Positions 1 to 8,019 of a stretch of DNA of 64,000 bases are shown here, one piece after another. The stretch lies in assembly GCA_964386855.1 (NCBI GenBank), contig CAYLUF010000001.1, positions 56,493 to 120,492 of the forward strand, written 5' to 3'. This DNA is from an uncultured Candidatus Saccharibacteria bacterium (lineage in GTDB: Bacteria > Patescibacteriota > Saccharimonadia > Saccharimonadales > Saccharimonadaceae). Position numbers and translations under genes: made by a program. How positions within the stretch are numbered: position 1 is the first letter of the stretch; each line of letters starts with the position of its first letter. The notes beneath the pieces are model-generated. The model was not told where the DNA came from. It saw only the letters and a list, made by a program, of their open reading frames with translations, and did no database searches.

Positions 1-31
1 AAACACCTCGTCATGCGGCGAGGTGTTTTTT
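1..31 (+). terminator. Rho-independent terminator of the upstream off-window gene
   Basis: Perfect 10-bp stem AAACACCTCG (1-10) / CGAGGTGTTT (19-28) with an 8-nt loop, followed by a T-run. Confidence 0.7.
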
Positions 32-106
32 ATGTACGTAAGGACTTTACTTGTATTTGTAAGGGATATGCGTGGCTATTCACCTCTGGTAGTGAGTAGT
101 ACATCA

Positions 107-115
107 TGGTATACT
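107..115 (+). promoter_or_regulatory. Extended -10 (TGgTATACT) upstream of lysS
   Basis: TATACT at 110-115 with TG at 107-108. It ends 11 nt before the lysS ATG and no SD lies between them. Confidence 0.5.
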
Positions 116-126
116 ATGGGTAATAT

Positions 127-1668
127 ATGGCAACACTACAAGATTTTCGCAACGAACGCCTGCGTAAGCTCGCAGACCTAAAAGAACTCGGTTTTAACCC
201 ATACCCGGCAGAAAGCTACCGGACACATGAGACTGCAACTGTAAAAAATCAATTTGATGAGCTTGAAGGCCAGACGGTGACCGTTGCTGGGCGGGTCATG
301 GGAATTCGTAAGTTTGGAAAACTCGCTTTCATAGTAGTGCGTGACCAGTCTGGTGAAATTCAGCTCTTCTTGCAGCGTGGCACGGTAGGTGAGCGCCAGG
401 CGGAAAAAAGCATCCTTGGGATGGAGGATCTTCCGCTTCTTGATACCGGTGATTTTATTGAGGCAACCGGCCCCGTTATCCGTACGAAGACTGGTGAGGT
501 TTCCGTAGGCGTAGAATCGTTCCGTCTTCTGACGAAAGCACTTCGCCCAATGCCGAGCGCCGTAGACGGCTTCACGAACAAAGAAGAGCGCATGCGCCGC
601 CGCTACGTAGATATGAATGTGAACCTTGATGTGCGCGACCGTTTCGTGCGCCGCTCTAAGTTCTGGCAGGCAACCCGTGACTACCTAAATAGTAACGGCT
701 TCGTGGAGGTAAATATTCCGGTACTCGAACATACTACCGGTGGGGCGGACGCTACGCCTTTTGCAACACATATGGATGCGCTGGGGCAAGATTTCTTCCT
801 GCGTATTAGTCACGAACTCCCGCTGAAGCGTCTTATCGGTGCGGGCTTTGAAAAGGTCTATGACATTGGACCGCGCTTCCGAAATGAAAATTATTCAGAC
901 GAGCACCTTCCTGAGCACGTTGCAATGGAATGGTACTGGGCATACGCAAACTGGCAAGATGGCATGAAGTTTATGGAAGGGATGTATAAAGACGTCCTCC
1001 AGAAGACATTCGGTACGCTGCAGTTTAACGTCCGCGGCTTCGATGTTGACATGGGCGGTGAGTGGCAGGTCTGGGACTACGCAACGGTTATTAAAGAACG
1101 CTATGGCATTGACGTCTTTGCGTCATCGCTTGATGAGGTGAAGCAAGCGCTCAAGGATAATAACCTTGAGGTAGAGCAGACAGAAAACCGTGCACGCGGG
1201 ATTGATAAGCTTTGGAAGAATATCCGTAAGGATGTTGCCGGCCCGGTATGGCTTGTGAATACACCAACATTTATTAGCCCGCTTTCAAAGAGTAGCCCTG
1301 AAACTCCTGAGGTTGTGCAGCGTTTCCAGCCAGTGATTGCTGGATCTGAGCTCGGCAACGGCTTCTCTGAACTGAATGACCCTGTAGACCAGCTTGACCG
1401 CTTTGTTGAGCAGCAGGGGATGCGTGACGCTGGTGATGACGAAGCAATGATGCTTGATATTGATTACGTTGAGATGCTTGAATACGGCATGCCACCTGCA
1501 TGTGGTTGGGGTTGGAGCGAGCGAGTCTTTTGGATTTTTGAAGGTGTCACTGCGCGTGAAGGCGTGCCATTCCCGCAGCTTCGCCATGAATATGACGAGA
1601 CAACAAAAGCAATCTACTCACAGGTCGATTTTAGCGAGCCTGACACAGTAGAAAAAGACACAGAGTAG
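127..1668 (+). CDS. lysS: Lysyl-tRNA synthetase, class II
   Basis: 513-aa ORF with an N-terminal OB-type anticodon-binding region. Class II core motifs are present (GPRFRNE, GSELGNGFSELNDP, GMPPACGWGWSERV). Confidence 0.93.
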   Translation: MATLQDFRNERLRKLADLKELGFNPYPAESYRTHETATVKNQFDELEGQTVTVAGRVMGIRKFGKLAFIVVRDQSGEIQLFLQRGTVGERQAEKSILGMEDLPLLDTGDFIEATGPVIRTKTGEVSVGVESFRLLTKALRPMPSAVDGFTNKEERMRRRYVDMNVNLDVRDRFVRRSKFWQATRDYLNSNGFVEVNIPVLEHTTGGADATPFATHMDALGQDFFLRISHELPLKRLIGAGFEKVYDIGPRFRNENYSDEHLPEHVAMEWYWAYANWQDGMKFMEGMYKDVLQKTFGTLQFNVRGFDVDMGGEWQVWDYATVIKERYGIDVFASSLDEVKQALKDNNLEVEQTENRARGIDKLWKNIRKDVAGPVWLVNTPTFISPLSKSSPETPEVVQRFQPVIAGSELGNGFSELNDPVDQLDRFVEQQGMRDAGDDEAMMLDIDYVEMLEYGMPPACGWGWSERVFWIFEGVTAREGVPFPQLRHEYDETTKAIYSQVDFSEPDTVEKDTE

Positions 1669-1678
1669 CCACATTTCG

Positions 1679-1729
1679 TCACCCTCTTCGTGCTATGATA
1701 GATGCATGAAGAGGGTGATGTTTTTTATT
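1679..1729 (+). terminator. lysS intrinsic terminator overlapping the next gene's promoter and start codon
   Basis: 11-bp stem TCACCCTCTTC (1679-1689) / GAAGAGGGTGA (1708-1718) followed by TGTTTTTTATT. The 18-nt loop carries TGCTATGAT and the ATG at 1706. Confidence 0.6.
1691..1699 (+). promoter_or_regulatory. Extended -10 (TGcTATGAT), leaderless-type promoter of the DUF2207 gene
   Basis: TATGAT at 1694-1699 ends 6 nt before the ATG at 1706. No SD is present. Confidence 0.5.
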
Positions 1730-3493
1730 GCAGGACTTATAGTAACGCTTGGAGGGGTGCTTCTTGCATCACCGCCAGATACTCAGGCGATATCTGTAAA
1801 CGCTTTTACTATCACCTCGTTTGACGCAGAGTATGAGCTAAAGAAAGACGCTCAGCAACGCTCCGTGTTGGTAACTAAGGAAACAATCACTGCTAATTTT
1901 CCGTACAGAAATGTAAATAGGGGTATTGAACGGGCGATCCCGCACGAATATAAGGGTCATCCTACGAGCCTTTCTGTTGCTTCTGTGCAAGATGAGTCAG
2001 GGATGAGCTTGCAGTACAGTACTCGCAAGGATGGCGATGCAACGGTGCTTCGTATTGGCAACCCTGACAGGTATGTGCACGGCGTACAGACCTACGTCAT
2101 CACATATACCCAGCGTGACGTCACACACTACTTTGAGAATACCCAGCGCACCGAGTGGTACTGGGATACAAACGGAACGCAGTGGCGAGTTCCAATTCAG
2201 GCACTGAGCGTGAAGGTAACGCTTGATGAGTCTATCCGAGATGAAATTCAGGGTGCGCCAATGTGTTACCAGGGGGCGTCCGGGTCTACGGATGTGTGTA
2301 CGCTCAATGAAGTAGACGGTGTGTATTATGGCACTGCGCAAAACTTTACGCCCGGAGACAATATGACACTCGCATTTGGTTTTAATCAGGATGTATTTAC
2401 TGCGTATACACCAAGTTTTCTTGACGTCTTTTTAAAGTGGTGGCGCATTGTATTCTTTATAACGATACCACTTGGAGTGCTGGGTCTTACACTCTTGAGC
2501 ATTGCGTACTCAAGAAAGCGGAATCGCTCTAAGGAGCTAAAGCCGATTCCTGTTGAGTATATTCCACCACGAGGTGTGAGCGTGCTAACGTCTGGGCAAA
2601 TCGTCCTGCCGTCTGGCTCTGTTTTTGCTGCGCAGCTCATTGATTTTGCGGTACGAAGGTATATTGCGGTGATTGAAACAAAGCCAAAGAGTGGATGGCG
2701 CCCCGCTGAATATGACATTGAGATTGTACGCGACCCTTCAGAGCTCCTTGCGGAGGAGCTGGAGATACTCAGTGACATGTTTGGCCGTATACCCGTAGTA
2801 GGTGAACGACTCTCTCTAAAGGCGCTCCGTTCTGATTATGGGTACGCCTCTAGGACAATTGATAACGATGCAAAGCTTACAAAGCTCATTCATGGCGAAT
2901 ACGCACTTCGTGAGCAGAAAACACCCGCTGCTTTAAAGAAATATTTCAGAAAATGGGCGGGTGCCTTTCTGGTGCTGATGTTCGTGACGTTTTCGCCGGT
3001 GTTCGCTATTCTAGCGCTGATCGCCTTTAGTCTTAGTTTTACAAATAAGCCACTGACGGATAGGGGGTTGGCGCTGCGACGATACCTATTTGGCCTGAGT
3101 CGCTACATCAAGGCGGCAGAAAAGGATCGCCTAAAGATGCTTCAAGGTCCTGATACTGCGGATAAGGTAGGGGAGCGGGTGGATACTTCTAACCCTGGCC
3201 AGATAGTGAAGCTCTATGAGCGTGTCTTGCCGTATGCGATTCTATTTGGACACGAGCTCGAGTGGACAAAGCGACTGGCAGACTTCTATGTAGAAGCTCA
3301 CGAGTCACCTGGCTGGTATAGCGGCACGAATATGACAGCCTTCAATGCGGCAACGTTTGTAGCGGCGATACATAGCTTCTCGTATGCAGCGTCTTCATCT
3401 GGTGGATCTTCGAGTTCATCATCTTCGGGTGGTTCGGGTGGCGGTGGCTCCTCTGGTGGCGGCGGCGGTGGAGGTGGTGGCGGGGGCTGGTAG
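1706..3493 (+). CDS. DUF2207-like membrane protein with Gly/Ser-rich C-terminal tail
   Basis: 595 aa with an N-terminal signal/anchor and an extracytoplasmic domain. Central and distal TM segments follow, and the C-terminus ends SSGGSGGGGSSGGGGGGGGGGGW as in DUF2207 proteins. Confidence 0.7.
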   Translation: MKRVMFFIAGLIVTLGGVLLASPPDTQAISVNAFTITSFDAEYELKKDAQQRSVLVTKETITANFPYRNVNRGIERAIPHEYKGHPTSLSVASVQDESGMSLQYSTRKDGDATVLRIGNPDRYVHGVQTYVITYTQRDVTHYFENTQRTEWYWDTNGTQWRVPIQALSVKVTLDESIRDEIQGAPMCYQGASGSTDVCTLNEVDGVYYGTAQNFTPGDNMTLAFGFNQDVFTAYTPSFLDVFLKWWRIVFFITIPLGVLGLTLLSIAYSRKRNRSKELKPIPVEYIPPRGVSVLTSGQIVLPSGSVFAAQLIDFAVRRYIAVIETKPKSGWRPAEYDIEIVRDPSELLAEELEILSDMFGRIPVVGERLSLKALRSDYGYASRTIDNDAKLTKLIHGEYALREQKTPAALKKYFRKWAGAFLVLMFVTFSPVFAILALIAFSLSFTNKPLTDRGLALRRYLFGLSRYIKAAEKDRLKMLQGPDTADKVGERVDTSNPGQIVKLYERVLPYAILFGHELEWTKRLADFYVEAHESPGWYSGTNMTAFNAATFVAAIHSFSYAASSSGGSSSSSSSGGSGGGGSSGGGGGGGGGGGW

Positions 3494-3523
3494 CCCCCTC
3501 GTTACTATATAAAGTATAAAAAA

Positions 3524-3548
3524 GGTCTTGCGTTGCAGGGTCTTTTTT
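3524..3548 (+). terminator. Intrinsic terminator after the DUF2207 gene
   Basis: GGTCTTGC / GCAGGGTC stem (includes G-U pairs) followed by TTTTTT. TATACT at 3551-3556 follows immediately. Confidence 0.5.
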
Positions 3549-3584
3549 ACTATACTAAATATAGTAAACAATTAAGGAGAAATA

Positions 3585-4118
3585 ATGACAAAGATTGCTG
3601 TTCTTGTAGGAAGCCTCAGTAAAGCTTCGATTAATAAAAACCTTGCAAATAGGCTTGCCGCACTTGCACCAGAGGGCGTAGAGTTTGCATTTGCAGATCT
3701 TGACCTGCCACTATTTAACTATGATCTTGAGGGCGACTTCCCAGTGAAGGCACAGGAGCTCAAGGATCTTATTGAGTCCGCTGACGGAGTTCTCTTCGTA
3801 ACACCAGAGTACAACCGTAGCTTCAGTGGTGTTCTAAAGAACGCAATCGACTGGGCGTCACGTCCATGGGGTTCAAACTCATTTGACGGGAAGCCAGCAG
3901 GAATTGTCGGCGCATCACCATCTCCACTTGGTACAACGCAGGCGCAGCAGCAGCTTCGTAACGTTGTTGTCTACCTTGGCATGAAGCTTCTTGGTCAGCC
4001 AGAGCTCTACGTTGATGCAACCCGTGCATTTAACGAGGACGGTTCTGTTGCAGAAGGTGCGCAGGGTCTTTTCCAGGGCTACGTTGACACGCTTTTGGCG
4101 CACGTTCAAAAAGGCTAA
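3585..4118 (+). CDS. NADPH-dependent FMN reductase family oxidoreductase
   Basis: 177 aa. Flavodoxin-like N-terminus KIAVLVGSLSKASINK and motif TPEYNRSFSGVLKNAIDW. SD AAGGAG lies 7 nt upstream. Confidence 0.85.
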   Translation: MTKIAVLVGSLSKASINKNLANRLAALAPEGVEFAFADLDLPLFNYDLEGDFPVKAQELKDLIESADGVLFVTPEYNRSFSGVLKNAIDWASRPWGSNSFDGKPAGIVGASPSPLGTTQAQQQLRNVVVYLGMKLLGQPELYVDATRAFNEDGSVAEGAQGLFQGYVDTLLAHVQKG

Positions 4119-4140
4119 TTGACAGCCTGATATCACCACT

Positions 4141-4172
4141 AAAAGACACCCGTAGGGGTGTCTTTTTCTTTC
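4141..4172 (+). terminator. Intrinsic terminator after the FMN reductase gene
   Basis: Stem AAAAGACACCC / GGGTGTCTTTT with loop GTAG, then a T-rich run. Confidence 0.8.
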
Positions 4173-4210
4173 TTAACTGCAGAAGACGTGCTTATGGTTG
4201 AACAAAAAAG

Positions 4211-4219
4211 TGCTACAAT
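4211..4219 (+). promoter_or_regulatory. Extended -10 (TGcTACAAT) for the ABC transporter operon
   Basis: TACAAT at 4214-4219 lies 10 nt before the ATG at 4230. The ORF-track start at 4158 sits inside the preceding terminator. Confidence 0.55.
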
Positions 4220-4229
4220 AAGAGTAGAT

Positions 4230-4943
4230 ATGATTGAGGTGAAGAATGTAACAAAGACGTACGGAAAAAAGCAAAATGCTTTTCGTGCGCTTAATGATGT
4301 AAGTTTTACAATACCAGATGGCGCTAGTGTGGCGATCTTGGGTAAGTCGGGGAGCGGCAAGTCTACACTCATGCATGCCATGAGCGGCCTTGATCGGCCA
4401 GAGGCTGGGCAGGTTCTGGTTGACGGTGTAGATATTCTCAAGCTCCGCAGCAAAGCGGTTGACCGCTTTAGGGTTGATAGGATTGGATTTATCTTCCAGA
4501 GTTTCTTCGTACAAGGGAATGAAAGCGTTTATGACAACGTCAGCCTTCCCCTTGAGATTGCACGCATGTCACGCACAAAGCGCAAAGCGCGTGTAAAGGC
4601 GGCGCTTGAGGCGGTAGACCTTGTAGATAAGATTAAGAATAAGGCGAAGAATCTTTCTGGTGGTCAGAAGCAGCGCCTTGCTGTGGCACGTGCGATTGCA
4701 AATGAACCACGTATTATCTTTGCCGATGAGCCAACCGGTAACCTTGATAGCGTGACGGGTGAGAAGGTTGAGCGCATGCTCTTTGGCTACAATAAGGAAC
4801 AGGGTGTGACGCTTATCATTGTGACGCATGACCCAGAACTCGCGGCTAAATGCGATATGCAGATTGATATTAAAGACGGGACGATTGAAAATATCCGCGG
4901 TGAAAAAACCGCAAACCTAGAGCAGAGTGAGGGGGCGAAATAA
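4230..4943 (+). CDS. ABC transporter ATP-binding protein (MacB/LolD-like)
   Basis: Walker [10 protein letters not shown], signature LSGGQKQR, Walker [13 protein letters not shown]. Start moved to [12 protein letters not shown] on promoter and terminator grounds. Confidence 0.9.
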   Translation: MIEVKNVTKTYGKKQNAFRALNDVSFTIPDGASVAILGKSGSGKSTLMHAMSGLDRPEAGQVLVDGVDILKLRSKAVDRFRVDRIGFIFQSFFVQGNESVYDNVSLPLEIARMSRTKRKARVKAALEAVDLVDKIKNKAKNLSGGQKQRLAVARAIANEPRIIFADEPTGNLDSVTGEKVERMLFGYNKEQGVTLIIVTHDPELAAKCDMQIDIKDGTIENIRGEKTANLEQSEGAK

Positions 4944-6217
4944 TGAGAGTTTCAGATACAATTCGCCGAGCTGGCCGTAGCCTTCGTCAGGCAAAAGCAC
5001 GTACGCTTCTGACAAGCCTCGCTATTGGTGTTGGTGCATTTACTATCACGCTTGCACTTGCTGCGGGTGAGGGCGGCCGTCAGTATGCTACAGATATTGT
5101 CAGCAGTAATACGGATGTGCGCGAACTGTACGTTCAGCCAGCGGTGGACGAGAGTAGTTTTGACCCAACAAAACCACAGGAATATACAGAAGGTCCAGCG
5201 GTCAGTTTTGGAGGCGGATTCTCTCAGAAGATGCTCTCACAAAAGGATATTGATGTACTAAAAGAACTTGATCACGTTGACCGTGTTACGCCTATTTATA
5301 ACGCGTCAGCAAAGTATGTGACGCGTGAGGGTGAGAAGAAGTACCAGGCAAGCATTGAGCCGTATAATAGCGCTATTAAGGCGGATGTTGTAGCAGGTGA
5401 CGTTGCAGACCTGAAGAATGACAGCGTGATACTCCCAAGTGCATTCGCTGAGGCGCTTGGCTTCTCGGATGCATCGAAGGCGATTGGTCAGAATATTGAT
5501 GTCGTTATGGCAAATACCGTTACTGGTGCAGAGCAGGCCTACACACAGCGAGTTGTTGCGGTGGTGAAAAGCTCAGCGCTTTCTATAAGTGGCGGCGGTA
5601 CAGGGCTTCTTGTAAGCCGCGATACCGTTGCAGCAATGTACGGCTTTGCGCAGCAGGGGACACCCCTTGAGGATGCATTCCTTGGTGCTACCGTTATGGT
5701 AGATAAAGAAGAAAACGCTGAACCACTCAAAGAGGCAATCAGCAAGGCCGGGTACAATGCACAAACTGCAGAAGACCTCATGGGCTTCCTCTTCCAGTTC
5801 ATTAACGTTCTTATGGGAATCTTAATTGGTTTTGGTGCACTTGCGGTGCTAACGTCAGTCTTTGGGATTATTAACACCCAGTACATTTCAGTGCTTGAGC
5901 GCACGCAGCAGATTGGCCTTATGAAGGCACTTGGTATGCGTCAGCGCGATGTGGGCCGCCTGTTTAGGCTTGAGGCGGCATGGATTGGCTTCCTTGGTGG
6001 TGCACTTGGTACGGGGCTTGCGTTCCTGACGGGAACCGCTGCAAACCCACTGATCTCTGATGCACTTTCTCTTGGTGATTCGTACCTACTTATCTTCCAG
6101 CCACTCATGTTTGTGGGGATTGTTGGTGGGCTTATGCTTGTGGCGGTGGTGTCTGGAATCTTCCCAGCCCGAAAAGCCTCAAAGCTTGATCCAATTGAAG
6201 CGCTTCGTACAGAGTAG
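4943..6217 (+). CDS. ABC transporter permease, FtsX/MacB-type
   Basis: 424 aa with an N-terminal TM, a large extracytoplasmic domain and a C-terminal 3-TM FtsX-like module. TAATG overlap with the ATPase gene. Confidence 0.85.
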   Translation: MRVSDTIRRAGRSLRQAKARTLLTSLAIGVGAFTITLALAAGEGGRQYATDIVSSNTDVRELYVQPAVDESSFDPTKPQEYTEGPAVSFGGGFSQKMLSQKDIDVLKELDHVDRVTPIYNASAKYVTREGEKKYQASIEPYNSAIKADVVAGDVADLKNDSVILPSAFAEALGFSDASKAIGQNIDVVMANTVTGAEQAYTQRVVAVVKSSALSISGGGTGLLVSRDTVAAMYGFAQQGTPLEDAFLGATVMVDKEENAEPLKEAISKAGYNAQTAEDLMGFLFQFINVLMGILIGFGALAVLTSVFGIINTQYISVLERTQQIGLMKALGMRQRDVGRLFRLEAAWIGFLGGALGTGLAFLTGTAANPLISDALSLGDSYLLIFQPLMFVGIVGGLMLVAVVSGIFPARKASKLDPIEALRTE

Positions 6218-6222
6218 CTCTG

Positions 6223-6231
6223 TGGTACAAT
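6223..6231 (+). promoter_or_regulatory. Extended -10 (TGgTACAAT) upstream of serS
   Basis: TACAAT at 6226-6231 lies 9 nt before the ATG at 6241. No SD is present. Confidence 0.55.
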
Positions 6232-6240
6232 AGGGTCAGT

Positions 6241-7545
6241 ATGTTAGACCTAAAATTCATCCGCGAAAACGCCCAGCAAGTACAAACTAACGCCGAAAAT
6301 AAAGGCTACAGCGTGAGTATTTCTGAGTTGATTTCGCGTGATGATGAGCGCCGTAAGGTCATGAAAGTTGTTGACGATCTTCGTGAACGCCGTAACCAGA
6401 ACGCGGGCAAGATGAAGGGTGGCGGACGCCCAGATCAGGCACTTATTGACGAGGGTCGCCAGATTAAAGAGGAACTTGCGCAGCATGAGCAGACACTGAG
6501 CACCCTAGAGGTAGAGGTGTTGGCGCTGCAAAAAGCAGTTCCAAACATGGCGCTTGAAGACGTACCCTTTGGCAAGACCGAAGATGAGAACGTTGTATCC
6601 AAGGTAGTGGGTGAGCCAACGCAGTTTGCATTTACTCCACGTAATCACTACCAGATTGCTGAACAGCGCGACTGGATTGATAAAGAGCGCGCCGCAAAGG
6701 TGGCGGGGAGTCGCTTTGCCTACCTAAAGGGAGGGTTGGTGCAGCTTCAGTTTGCCATTGTGCAGTTTGTCCTTGATGCACTTTCAGATGAAGAAAAGGT
6801 AAAAGAAATTGCCACTGGTGCGGGCCTTGAGGATGTTTCATTTAAGCCATTTACCCCAGTGCTTCCGCCGTTCATGATTCGCACAGACCTATATGACGCA
6901 ATGGATCGCCTTGAGCCACGCGATGACCGCTACAAGCTTGAGGGTGACGACCTTTGGCTCCAGGGAAGCGCAGAGCACGTCATGGGGAGCATGCACGCCA
7001 ACGAGATTATTGACGAAGCTGAACTTCCGATCCGCTACGTTGGTTACGCCACCAGCTTCCGCCGTGAAGCCGGCACCTACGGCAAAGACATGGAAGGTAT
7101 TCTTCGTATGCACCAGTTTGATAAGCTTGAGCTCGAGTCATTCACTACCGGCGAGTCTGGTCTTAATGAGCACCATCTCTTCGTCGCTATCCAAGAGTAT
7201 CTTTTGAATGCGCTCCAGATTCCGTACCAGGTGATTCAAAAGTGCACCGCTGATATTGGTAAGCCAAATGCACGCGGCATTGATATGGAGGCATGGCTTC
7301 CGGGGCAAGATAAGTACCGTGAAACCCACACCGCAGACTATATGACTGATTACCAGACACGCCGCCTCCAAACCCGTGTTCGCCGTGCAGACGGTACTCT
7401 GGAGCTTGCGCATACCAATGACGCAACAGCTTTTGCCCTTGGCCGCATCATGATTGCGATTATTGAAAATGGTCAGCAAGAAGACGGCACCATTACCGTT
7501 CCTGAAGCGCTTCGCTCATACCTTGGCGGCAAAGAAGTGCTATAA
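6241..7545 (+). CDS. serS: Seryl-tRNA synthetase
   Basis: 434 aa with an N-terminal coiled-coil tRNA-binding arm. Class II core includes SFRREAG and the C-terminal ENGQQEDGTITVPEAL. Confidence 0.93.
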   Translation: MLDLKFIRENAQQVQTNAENKGYSVSISELISRDDERRKVMKVVDDLRERRNQNAGKMKGGGRPDQALIDEGRQIKEELAQHEQTLSTLEVEVLALQKAVPNMALEDVPFGKTEDENVVSKVVGEPTQFAFTPRNHYQIAEQRDWIDKERAAKVAGSRFAYLKGGLVQLQFAIVQFVLDALSDEEKVKEIATGAGLEDVSFKPFTPVLPPFMIRTDLYDAMDRLEPRDDRYKLEGDDLWLQGSAEHVMGSMHANEIIDEAELPIRYVGYATSFRREAGTYGKDMEGILRMHQFDKLELESFTTGESGLNEHHLFVAIQEYLLNALQIPYQVIQKCTADIGKPNARGIDMEAWLPGQDKYRETHTADYMTDYQTRRLQTRVRRADGTLELAHTNDATAFALGRIMIAIIENGQQEDGTITVPEALRSYLGGKEVL

Positions 7546-7579
7546 TAGTGGTATAGCAATCTACAACTAGGAGGGCTCC

Positions 7580-7915
7580 ATGATTACATCAATTGACATT
7601 ACTGGTATCAAGTATTCGGTCACCGAAAAGACGAAAAAGTACGTACTTGATAAGATTGGAAAACTTGATAAATATGTCCCGCTTCATGCACGAAAAACTC
7701 TCAGTGCAGATGTGAAGCTCCGCGAGGTCAACAAAGACCACGGAAATAAGTACGAAGTAGAAGTGATTCTTCAGGTTCCTGGCCGCGTTATAACCGCCCA
7801 CGACACCACCATGAATATGATGGCGGCGGTTGATATTGTTGAGGCAAAACTCATTGGACAGCTACGAAGGTATAAGACTGAAGTTCAAAAGCGTAAGCTT
7901 GCCGAGGCTTCGTAG
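7580..7915 (+). CDS. hpf: Ribosome hibernation/associated factor (HPF/RaiA short form)
   Basis: 111 aa with the typical N-terminus (I.GI...T...KKYV..K..KL.KY). Strong SD AGGAGGG lies upstream. Confidence 0.8.
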   Translation: MITSIDITGIKYSVTEKTKKYVLDKIGKLDKYVPLHARKTLSADVKLREVNKDHGNKYEVEVILQVPGRVITAHDTTMNMMAAVDIVEAKLIGQLRRYKTEVQKRKLAEAS

Positions 7916-8019
7916 CAGTTAAGCGCCTCTAAGTTCTTGCACTCCCACCCCTATAGTCGTATACTATAAAGTAAGTAGTATACCGAATTATTTCCTGAAA
8001 GGCGGGGTAGAGAAACATA

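Noticed and set aside
3400-3490. GGT/GGC-rich tandem-like DNA repeat
   Set aside because: It encodes the Gly/Ser-rich tail typical of DUF2207 proteins. It is coding low complexity, not an independent repeat element.
4158-4229. Longer N-terminal extension of the ABC ATPase (track start 4158)
   Set aside because: The extension begins inside the stem of the preceding intrinsic terminator. A TGcTACAAT promoter at 4211-4219 precedes the canonical [12 protein letters not shown] start.
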